Shown here: positions 54,264 through 64,000 of the stretch, one piece after another | Numbering within the stretch: the stretch's first letter is position 1 | Layout of the letters: each line of letters starts with the position of its first letter | Origin: Desulfomonilia bacterium | Lineage (GTDB): Bacteria > Desulfobacterota > Desulfomonilia > UBA1062 | Direction of reading: 5' to 3' | Length of the DNA stretch: 64,000 nt | NCBI GenBank assembly: GCA_963664325.2 | Contig: CAXXDQ010000008.1 | Location: 32,001 to 96,000, forward strand | Position numbers and translations under genes: made by a program | Notes under the pieces: model-generated | The model's input: the letters and a program-made list of their open reading frames with translations, nothing else | Told to the model about the DNA's origin: nothing | Databases searched by the model: none

Positions 54264-54616
54264 TCACTGGATCTTTATCCTCTCTTCATTGGCCGGCTGC
54301 GGGGCCGAGATATCGATAGAATGCCGTTGGCCGCTTCATAACGGCGGATGAGGTTGCCCAGCATGACGGCCATGCGCTTTGCCGTCTTCAACGATACGGC
54401 CATTTTGGCTTCTATGCGGACGGTTTTGGGATCTATGGATGAATTGCCGAACAGAAATACGACTGCTTCCGGCCCGAAGCCGATGTTGAAGACGCCCGCG
54501 TATTGCGTTTTCACGCCTTCCTCGATAAACCGGACCGGCGTTTGCCCCGGCCCGTCACCTTCCTGTCTTTCCGCTTTTTGCCTTTGCTTATCCTGTGAAT
54601 TGTCGTTTTGGTCCAT
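54264..54616 (-). CDS. DUF3467-like small protein, copy 1 (indel near the 3' end)
   Basis: TQYAGVFNIG..PEAVVFLFG...SLKTAKRMA..L...IRRYEAANG. Confidence 0.7.
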
Positions 54617-54973
54617 GATACCAAGCTCTCCCTCTTATTTTTTCACGTTTGGGTTGTCTCTGTAAGCATATCAGCCACTCGGATTGTGTTTATTTTTAAA
54701 GGACTTTTATTGTTTTTTCCGGGTAACGATTGTGACAAGAGCGTTAAAACAAATAAGGTATCATTTAACACTATGCCGAAAATGACATAATGAGTTTTTT
54801 ATGTCAAGGGAAAATTTCATCATTTTGACTCATTTAATATCAAAGGTATGTAATATTATAATTGATAAAATGTATTAAATATATTACCAATACCTTGACC
54901 TAGGTTTAAAACATCAGGATCAGATTGATAAGAATAGCAATTAATGTATTGCGGAATGCTTTGATTGGCTTTT

Positions 54974-55035
54974 TAACACGGCGCTGCTGCGGCCGGAGCC
55001 GAAAAGAAGCAGCGAGATCCTGGGGCGGATACCGG
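54974..55035 (+). repeat. Displaced 62-bp copy of a kduD segment (43021-43082)
   Basis: 57/62 identical by manual alignment. Confidence 0.85.
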
Positions 55036-55308
55036 ATGAGCAAAGAACGGATATGTACGCAAAATGAGTTGACGGCAAGTCTTGCCGCAATTTCGGCACT
55101 ATCGGACAAGACAAAGATGCTCAATGCCATGGTACTAGGCATTACCTAATATTTTTTGGCAAAAAATGGGGCCTTTGACAAAAATACGTCAGCGTCGTAC
55201 GTGTTTTTGAATTTCGTATTGAATTCGTATAGATGAAGCTTTTCACATGGGAAAATTTTTTTTGCCTGTTTTTCCGCCAATAATAGCAGGTCAGTATGAG
55301 GTCGTTTC

Positions 55309-56777
55309 CAATGTCATTGACTTAACGAATGGGTTTATAGGCGTAATAGAACTCCCTTTGGATTTTATGGTCCCTTGGGAAAGTCCTCCCCGTCCTGACG
55401 GGTTCTTTAGAGCGAACAAATAAGCTTAGTAATTTATTTATTAAATCCAGAAGGTTGTGATGTTTAAAGAGGAGGACGATGGTGTCTTTCATTTTGGACA
55501 GGGCCTGAGTGACATTGATTTTGTAAGGATACTTTTTGGCATCGACTTGCTGATCGATGATATCCTGTGCCGGGAGAGTGAGAGCAGCCGTTATGTTCAT
55601 GGCAAACATTTTGGCGTGAAAATCCTGGTAAATGGATTCGATGGTTTTACCGGAGAAATTTTCAATTTGGACACGTTGCTTTGCCGTTTTAAAGTTTTCT
55701 TCAGCCACCCAGCGCAGGTGGTAGAGTTTTTTGAAAATACCATGAGGATAGCGCTTCGTGTCCATAAGTGAAGTGACCAGGATTTCGGTTTTTCCACCTT
55801 TGAGTTTCACCCTGATGGCGCGTACCTGAAAGGGAACGATGGAGAGATTCAATTCATTACATTTTTTGCGGGATACCAAGCTTGGATACAGGGTGATGAT
55901 CTGTTCTTTATCCTGGGATAAAAAGAAGTTTCTGACCGAATCCCAATGAGCCTCCTTAATCCTGCTACAGAAATGCCCACCTTTGGCAAGAATCAGGGCG
56001 AAAAACCAGAATGCCGGGTAGCCTCTATCCAAAAGAACCAGGTCCCCTGCTCTGAACTGCTCTGCATGTGAAATGGCCAGTGATCTTTCTCCTTGCTCTT
56101 TGGGACAGATAAGAGCATCAACGACAAGACCGTTTAAGACATCATGTAGCTGAGAGATTCTGGCGACAGGGCATTCACCTCCCCTGTTTGAATGCCACAC
56201 GCCGAAATGATCGGCAATCTTCCTGATTCTGGGTATTCGGACCGTCGAGCCATCTATGGCCATCAAGCGAAACCCTTTCCATTTCCGACAGGAAAAATGT
56301 TCATAGAAAAAGGAGATCAACTTCCGGTTCAGCGCGATAAAAGCTTGATGGCGAAGTTTTCTTCGGGCTTTGGTGAAGGCGCTTTTCGTGACCCCTCTTT
56401 CAGCAGTGTCTTTTTCATGCATGATCTTGAAAAAATAATCCAATTCATCCTGAATGGAGCCCTTGATGAGATTAATGAGGAAAAAGATGATGGTGTGGAA
56501 TGGAAGAATCCGTTGTCGGACAAAATCATTAGGACAGCGGCGGAATTGATCTAAAAAAGTTTGGGAAGTGATAATATTTTTAAGGAATTCAATAAGATTG
56601 GCACAATTTTTCAAACGCAGGTTCCATGCCACCTTGACCGTTTGTTTGAAGAATTTTTGACATTATTTTCTCCCTCCCGGAATTATTTTGCCTTCCATCA
56701 AAACCATGGCAAATATATCATAACTACATGTATTTGCAAGCTAAATAAACAATTTATCCCTTAAGTCAATGGCATTG
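55309..56777 (-). mobile_element. IS4-family insertion sequence, copy B (1469 bp)
   Basis: Same TIRs and same AGGTCGTTTC direct repeats as copy A. Confidence 0.9.
55322..56632 (-). CDS. IS4-family DDE transposase
   Basis: 436 aa, 8 substitutions vs copy A. Confidence 0.92.
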   Translation of the reverse strand: MAWNLRLKNCANLIEFLKNIITSQTFLDQFRRCPNDFVRQRILPFHTIIFFLINLIKGSIQDELDYFFKIMHEKDTAERGVTKSAFTKARRKLRHQAFIALNRKLISFFYEHFSCRKWKGFRLMAIDGSTVRIPRIRKIADHFGVWHSNRGGECPVARISQLHDVLNGLVVDALICPKEQGERSLAISHAEQFRAGDLVLLDRGYPAFWFFALILAKGGHFCSRIKEAHWDSVRNFFLSQDKEQIITLYPSLVSRKKCNELNLSIVPFQVRAIRVKLKGGKTEILVTSLMDTKRYPHGIFKKLYHLRWVAEENFKTAKQRVQIENFSGKTIESIYQDFHAKMFAMNITAALTLPAQDIIDQQVDAKKYPYKINVTQALSKMKDTIVLLFKHHNLLDLINKLLSLFVRSKEPVRTGRTFPRDHKIQREFYYAYKPIR

Positions 56778-56946
56778 AGGTCGTTTCCAAGGTCATGGAG
56801 TTAAGGATGATTCCTCTCATGTCCTCCGCCGGCGGCGGATATGAGAGGAATGCCTTCAGTTAATCGCATGAAGGTGATCTCCGGGCATTACTTTGGCCCT
56901 GCCTTCATCCCCCCATTATGCGCATCATCGCAATCCAGCCACATAC

Positions 56947-57021
56947 TGAAACAACGGGGTCACCCCTTGACACGGGACATTATGCCCTCCAACACCTCCA
57001 CCTTCTGCAATCCTGTATCCG
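56947..57021. repeat. Diverged RAYT-element left-end fragment
   Basis: TGAAACAACGGGGTCACCCCTTGACACGGGACATTATGCCCTCCAACACC. Confidence 0.8.
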
Positions 57022-57046
57022 TAGTTTTGCAATGTCGCTTTCCCGC

Positions 57047-57418
57047 TCACTGGATCTTTATCCTCTCTTCATTTGCGGGCTGCGGGGCCGAGATATCGAT
57101 GGTGCCGTTGGCCGCTTCATAACGGCGGATGAGGTTGCCCAGCATGACGGCCATGCGCTTTGCCGTCTTCAACGATACGGCCATTTTGGATTCTATCTGC
57201 ACAGTCCTGGGGTCCAGGGATGAATTCCCGAAGATAAACAGCACCGCATCCGGTCCGAAGCCGATGTTGAAGACCCCGGCATACTGCGTCTTGACGCCTT
57301 CTTCGATAAACCGGACCGGCTTTTGCCATTGCCCCAGTCCGTCATCTTCGTGTCTTGCCGCTTTTTGCTTCTGCTTGTCTTGGGCCCTCTTTTCTATATA
57401 AAATAACGGCAGCCGCAT
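57047..57418 (-). CDS. DUF3467-like small protein, copy 2 (start uncertain)
   Basis: Close paralog of 54264-54616. Confidence 0.7.
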   Translation of the reverse strand: MRLPLFYIEKRAQDKQKQKAARHEDDGLGQWQKPVRFIEEGVKTQYAGVFNIGFGPDAVLFIFGNSSLDPRTVQIESKMAVSLKTAKRMAVMLGNLIRRYEAANGTIDISAPQPANEERIKIQ

Positions 57419-57489
57419 CAGCTGAATTCAGGGCATAAATTTGATTGACAATCCTACCGGTGCAACCTATAGGAGGACCAAGAACCTGA

Positions 57490-59370
<1,881 letters not shown>

Positions 59371-59371
59371 C

Positions 59372-60407
59372 ATGAAAAAGGCTATTGCCGTCATATCCTT
59401 CAATATCCTGATGATTATTCTGATCCTGGCCCTGTTTGAGGGGCGCCATGTATTTCCTTGTCCGCCATCCCGGCATCGTACAGAAATGTCCCAAGGGAAT
59501 ACGGAACAGTATCGGCTATCTGTATGCAACAGGCGAAAGGCGGGTCATTCAATTTATGCCGGATTGTGCCCGTTATGACAGTACTCTCGGCTATACGCTT
59601 AAGCCGGGCAGTTGCCGCTTTGCCGCAACGGAATTCGGCAATGCCTACCATATCAACCCGAAAGGCCTGAGGGATGACGATGCTTCGCTGTCCCATCCCG
59701 ATGTGATTGTCACCGGCGATTCCTATGCCATGGGCTGGGGTGTGGAGCAAGATGAAACCTTCGCTGCCGTTCTGGAGAGAAAGAGCGGCCTCAAGGTCCT
59801 GAATGCGGGTATCGCCTCCTATGGAACGGCCAGGGAAATGCTCATGCTCGGTCGCCTGGACACAACGCATCTGAAATCTTTAATCATCCAGTATTGCGAA
59901 AATGACGAGGACGAGAACAGAGCCTTCCTCCAGCAGGGGAACCGCCTGCAAACCATGGGACCCGACGAGTACCGGCAGCGGGTGGTACAAAATATGGAGG
60001 ATAAGCACTACTACGCAGGGAAGTATCTCATCTTCAAATGGGACAAGAAATGGCGGGAAATCAGAGCGCCCAAAGCAGACAAAAAGACGCCGGGGCCGGA
60101 TGGAAATCCTGATGATGTGGATCTGTTCCTCAACGCGCTCCTTCACAGCCCCGTGGATCTGTCAAAAACGCGCATTATCGTCCTGGAGGCTGTCGGGAAG
60201 GACGATTTCGATCGGACGTTTGTCCGCCGGCTCATGGAAAAAATCAAGACCGGCCAATATCCCCCCCACATCAAAAACATGATGACGCTGGATACGACCA
60301 AGTTTTTAACAAGAGACCATTACTACGTTCTGGACGATCATTGGCATCGTGGGGGCCATGAAGCTATTGCCGATGCGCTCTTGAAACTTATGCAGGAAGT
60401 GCGTTAA
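59372..60407 (+). CDS. Membrane-anchored SGNH/GDSL hydrolase-like protein (frameshift near the 5' end)
   Basis: GDSYAMG, NAGIASYG, END, DDHW..GH. Confidence 0.8.
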
Positions 60408-60503
60408 AGAAATGGATGAACCTGCCAGGGTTGAAGAGATAAAGAATCAGTGATAATGAACTCCCATAAAGTCATCATGCATTAGGAAGGAAAACAACCG
60501 GCT

Positions 60504-60650
60504 ATGGAATTGCTTTTGGACCTCTGGAATTTTTTGAAGGAACGCAAGAAATGGTGGCTGCTGCCCATGATCGTCATGCTCCTGCTCATCGGGCTGCTGA
60601 TCTTTTCGAGTTCGTCGGCCATCGCGCCGTTTATCTATACGTTATTTTGA
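60504..60650 (+). CDS. DUF5989/SxtK-like small membrane protein (48 aa, not in the ORF track)
   Basis: MELLLDLWNFLKERKKWWLLPMIVMLLLIGLLIFSSSSAIAPFIYTLF. Confidence 0.85.
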   Translation: MELLLDLWNFLKERKKWWLLPMIVMLLLIGLLIFSSSSAIAPFIYTLF

Positions 60651-60651
60651 T

Positions 60652-61017
60652 ATGACAAAACTGGAAACCTCCAAGACCTTAACGGTTCTTTGCCTGGCCC
60701 TGCTTATCGCCCAGGCCCTGTTCGATACGAAGTGGCTTCTCTGGCTGGCCATTGCCCTGACTTTGGGCAACGCCTGCGACAGCCGGATTACAACATCTAT
60801 TGCCGGATATTGGATGCGATTTGCCGCCTTTATCGGAAACATCAATTCCAAAATCATCCTTTTTCTCCTGTTTTACCTGGTTTTGACGCCCATCGCCTTT
60901 CTCTACAGGATCTTTAACCGGGACCAGGTGGAGCATTTCCGTAAAAACCGGCAGCAAACCTATTTTGAAGATATCAAAAAAAACTACGGACGGAAGGACT
61001 TCGAAAATTTATGGTAG
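60652..61017 (+). CDS. SxtJ-family membrane protein
   Basis: WMRFA..IG.INSKIIL.LLFYLVLTPIA. Confidence 0.75.
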   Translation: MTKLETSKTLTVLCLALLIAQALFDTKWLLWLAIALTLGNACDSRITTSIAGYWMRFAAFIGNINSKIILFLLFYLVLTPIAFLYRIFNRDQVEHFRKNRQQTYFEDIKKNYGRKDFENLW

Positions 61018-61937
61018 TTCCCGGCGAATTTGACAAATGGATGGCCGAACGGTCTTTTCATATGCAAAAGCTGATCATCTCGGGCATCGATAATCAGCCT
61101 GTTCTGAGCATCAACAAACCGGAAATGGCCCAGGAGGAATACTGCCTTTTCCACAGACGTGTTGCCGATGGCGACACCTATCTGGATCGCTTGCACCAAC
61201 GGATCACTGCGGCAATAGGAACCAGGGAGGCCTTCCCGGTTGTGCGATTTGCGGACGGAGAATATGCCTTTTATTTCGAAAGCCTGGCTTGTAATGGCCT
61301 CTACCGGCAGGCCGAATCGGTTCAGCACATTAAAAATGCCCTGCCGTTTCATATTGAAGACCTGAAGACATTGACCGCCTCCGGTCTTATTGCGCCGCTC
61401 GTCTTTCCGGGAAACGTGGCGCCCAGGAAAGCGGGTGTTTTCTCTTTCCTGAAAAATTGGAAAAAAGAGCCCTCGGCCTCTACATTTCTGACCTTTCTCG
61501 ACCGGCACGGCATATCCCTCACTGGGGAGAACTATCTGCCTTTTTATGCTGTTTACGCATACCTGGCCTCCAGTCGCTTTGCCCGCGCCGTCGATGGCAA
61601 GAAGATATGCATCCTGAATTCCGAAACGAATGCCCAAGCCGTGAAGACCTGGTTTGAAGCCTTTTCCAGCCATCCGGATCTTACTTTTGCCGACCTGCCC
61701 GCAGAATATGTGGCCACCCAATGGTTGTCACAGCGAAAGAACGTGCTGCGAAATATCCCGCGGGATACGGATCTCTGCATTGTCGGCGCCGGAATCGGCG
61801 CCCTGCCGGTCTGTGTGGATGTGTCGAAAGAATTGTCCATCCCGGCGGTGGATGCAGGTCATGCGCTCAATATGATGAACGACCGAGTAGATAAGTCCAA
61901 CGGGGCCAGGCTGTACAGCATATGGAAGACCCCCTGA
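61011..61937 (+). CDS. Hypothetical protein, possible GT-D fold glycosyltransferase
   Basis: VVRFADGE resembles the GT-D RFGDGE motif; C-terminal VGAG...AVDAGH. Confidence 0.5.
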   Translation: MVVPGEFDKWMAERSFHMQKLIISGIDNQPVLSINKPEMAQEEYCLFHRRVADGDTYLDRLHQRITAAIGTREAFPVVRFADGEYAFYFESLACNGLYRQAESVQHIKNALPFHIEDLKTLTASGLIAPLVFPGNVAPRKAGVFSFLKNWKKEPSASTFLTFLDRHGISLTGENYLPFYAVYAYLASSRFARAVDGKKICILNSETNAQAVKTWFEAFSSHPDLTFADLPAEYVATQWLSQRKNVLRNIPRDTDLCIVGAGIGALPVCVDVSKELSIPAVDAGHALNMMNDRVDKSNGARLYSIWKTP

Positions 61938-63076
61938 AAAACTACCGGCGCCTCTTGCGGATCTGGCTGAACGACCGGCGCCTGGCCCGTGAGGGGAAAC
62001 GCTACCGCCGCCTGTTTAGCGACAGGAACATGGCCATTCCCGATGAAGCGACGATCCGTCGGCACGTTTCGACACAATTTCCTCATATCCGGCCTAAGCC
62101 CAAGGGGCAATTGCGCATTCTTACCATTCATCATCATTACAACTGGGAGAATACGGCCTTTATTCCCGCTCTAGCAGCCTTCGGTGCTGTCGATCATTAT
62201 GACTGGATGACATCTTTTCGCAGCCACCTGACCCAATGGCATCGTTCCCTGGCACAGGCCATGAACGTAGACCTTCTCCGCAGGGTCAGGACCCTTGCTG
62301 ATGAGAAAGGCATCGATGTCATCTTCACCTATCTCTCGGGGGAGCAGGTTCTACCGGAGACGATGATGACCCTGCAGGCCTTCCGCATTCCCATGGTCAA
62401 TCTGGCCCTTAACGACAAGGAAAATTTCGTGGGGAAGATCCGTTCGGGCCGGGCGATGGGGGTCCGCGACATTTGCCGTTTCTTCACCCTCTGCTGGACG
62501 AGTACGGAGGATGCGCTGGAAAAATACTGCGTGGAGGGCGCCCTGCCCCTCTACCTTCCCGAAGGGGCCAATCCCGACCTCCACAAACCGATGGATGGGG
62601 AGCAGACCATCGATGTTTCCTTCATCGGACAACGGTATGGGAATCGCGAAGACATCATCAAACGGCTGCAAGCGGATGGCATCCATGTAGAAGCCTATGG
62701 GTTCGGCTGGCCGAACGGACCTCTCGACACGGAAGCCATGGTGGCCCTGTATGCCAAGAGCCGCATCAATCTCGGTTTCGGCGGCGTCATCAGCCATACG
62801 GGCACCTATTGCCTGAAAGGGCGCGATTTTGAAGTTCCGATGAGCGGTGGTCTTTATCTGACGGAGCACCATCCGGAACTGGCCAAAGTCTACGATGTGG
62901 GTGGGGAGATCGTCACCTACTCCGGATATGCAGACCTGCGGGATAAGATCCGCGATTTACTGGATCATCCGGATAAGGCCCGAGAGATTCGCCGGCGGGG
63001 CTTTGAACGCGCCCGCCGGGAACATGCCTGGGAAATGCGTTTTGATAACATATTCAAATTGCTTGGTATTATTTAA
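61922..63076 (+). CDS. CgeB-like glycosyltransferase (Glyco_trans_1_2)
   Basis: DVSFIG, SRINLG, KGRDFEVPMSGG, EHAWE.R. Confidence 0.8.
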   Translation: MEDPLKNYRRLLRIWLNDRRLAREGKRYRRLFSDRNMAIPDEATIRRHVSTQFPHIRPKPKGQLRILTIHHHYNWENTAFIPALAAFGAVDHYDWMTSFRSHLTQWHRSLAQAMNVDLLRRVRTLADEKGIDVIFTYLSGEQVLPETMMTLQAFRIPMVNLALNDKENFVGKIRSGRAMGVRDICRFFTLCWTSTEDALEKYCVEGALPLYLPEGANPDLHKPMDGEQTIDVSFIGQRYGNREDIIKRLQADGIHVEAYGFGWPNGPLDTEAMVALYAKSRINLGFGGVISHTGTYCLKGRDFEVPMSGGLYLTEHHPELAKVYDVGGEIVTYSGYADLRDKIRDLLDHPDKAREIRRRGFERARREHAWEMRFDNIFKLLGII

Positions 63077-63605
63077 CCTGGTATTCCTGAATCAGGCCGA
63101 TGATTCTATCGATATCCGCTTTTGTCACTTTTCCTTTGTAAATATAACGGCATATTCTTTGTTTATCCAGCATGATGATATTCGAGGTCTTCTTCGTCAG
63201 GTTCCAGAGATTGAGAACGGCATAATCAGGGTCCATCAGGATGACGGCCTTTGTTTCCTCCTGCTTGCTCTTGATCATTGTTTTGAGCACGAAATTAGGC
63301 ACGACGCTGTCCTTCAGATTGACAATGCCGAGGCCTTCATAGAATTTCTTATCGATTTTTCCGCTCTCCCTTGCCGCTTTCAGTGCATTTTGCAGATCGT
63401 TGTTCAAATCTTTGGAGCCGGGATCTGCATAAAAAACCACCACGACTTTATCCTTATATAAAGGCGATTCCAGGGAGTATTCCATACCTGTAGGATCTTT
63501 CAGTCTGAAACCGGCTGCTTTGTCTCCCACTTTGACATCCGCAGCAAAAGAAACAGCGACTAAACAGAACACCAACCAAGTCACGATGCACAGTCTTTTT
63601 TTCAT
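63069..63605 (-). CDS. Exported thioredoxin-like (YtfJ-like) protein without CxxC
   Basis: Signal peptide, VGDKAAGFRLKD, VVVFYAD, IIMLDKQ. Confidence 0.6.
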   Translation of the reverse strand: MKKRLCIVTWLVFCLVAVSFAADVKVGDKAAGFRLKDPTGMEYSLESPLYKDKVVVVFYADPGSKDLNNDLQNALKAARESGKIDKKFYEGLGIVNLKDSVVPNFVLKTMIKSKQEETKAVILMDPDYAVLNLWNLTKKTSNIIMLDKQRICRYIYKGKVTKADIDRIIGLIQEYQVK

Positions 63606-63755
63606 ATCCCCCGCTCCTCTCATTTTTCCACGGATATTATGGGAAAAGCCTGTGATTATCAAGAGAAATATCGTCTCTTTGTATCTTATTGGAAAAAAGA
63701 TGGCGATTATGTTAGAGACTTGAAAATCACTTCAATATCAAGGGGGATATATTAT

Positions 63756-64000
63756 ATGCGGAATCTGGGACAGATGCTGGAAGAAACTTGTCGGGCCTTT
63801 GGCGATCGTCTCTTCATCATCCATGAAAAGAGCCGCCTGACGTATCGGGAATTCAACCAGGCCGTCAACGCCCTTGCCAACCACTTAGTCAACCGGGGGA
63901 TTAAAAAGGACGACAAAGTGGCCATTATGCTGCCCAACTGCCCGGAATTTATCATATCCTACTTCGCCGCGCATAAAATCGGCGCCGTTGCGGTTACGCT
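63756..64000 (+). CDS. Acyl-CoA synthetase (AMP-forming), N-terminus only
   Basis: MRNLGQMLEE...LTYREFNQAVNALA...GIKKDDKVAIMLPNCPEF...IGAVAVT. Confidence 0.8.
   Translation, partial: MRNLGQMLEETCRAFGDRLFIIHEKSRLTYREFNQAVNALANHLVNRGIKKDDKVAIMLPNCPEFIISYFAAHKIGAVAVT

Noticed and set aside
55309-56777. Second IS4 copy as an assembly duplicate
   Set aside because: It differs by multiple substitutions (8 aa) with both frames intact, which does not match the indel-type errors seen elsewhere.

Overview
Bacterial chromosomal window, about 50-55% GC by eye. Gene content (non-decarboxylating glutaryl-CoA pathway, Etf/Fix, sigma54 control) suggests an anaerobic Desulfobacterota/Syntrophales-like organism; this is inference. 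Many conserved genes are split by single-base indels, most likely long-read errors. 1-43 kb is mostly metabolism and transport: leuA with a Leu-rich attenuator leader, mutY, a sigma54-controlled glutarate regulon (gctAB, activator, glutaryl-CoA dehydrogenase, gcdA, transporter), dinB with a GAAC-N4-GTTC box, TetR-fixCX-acd-etfBA, cfa, a Liv-type ABC operon with an AbfD-like dehydratase and CoA-transferase, and IclR-TRAP-kduID. 43.2-57.4 kb is an accessory island: a HigBA-like TA pair, two IS4-family copies in the same duplicated target context, and a RAYT-like Y1 HUH transposase bounded by 24-bp terminal inverted repeats. Dispersed ends and a mini-element of that transposase bracket cargo genes, including a paeninodin-like, kinase-containing lasso peptide cluster with no leader peptidase in view. 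57.5-64 kb carries an sxtIJKL-like carbamoyltransferase module with glycosyltransferases.
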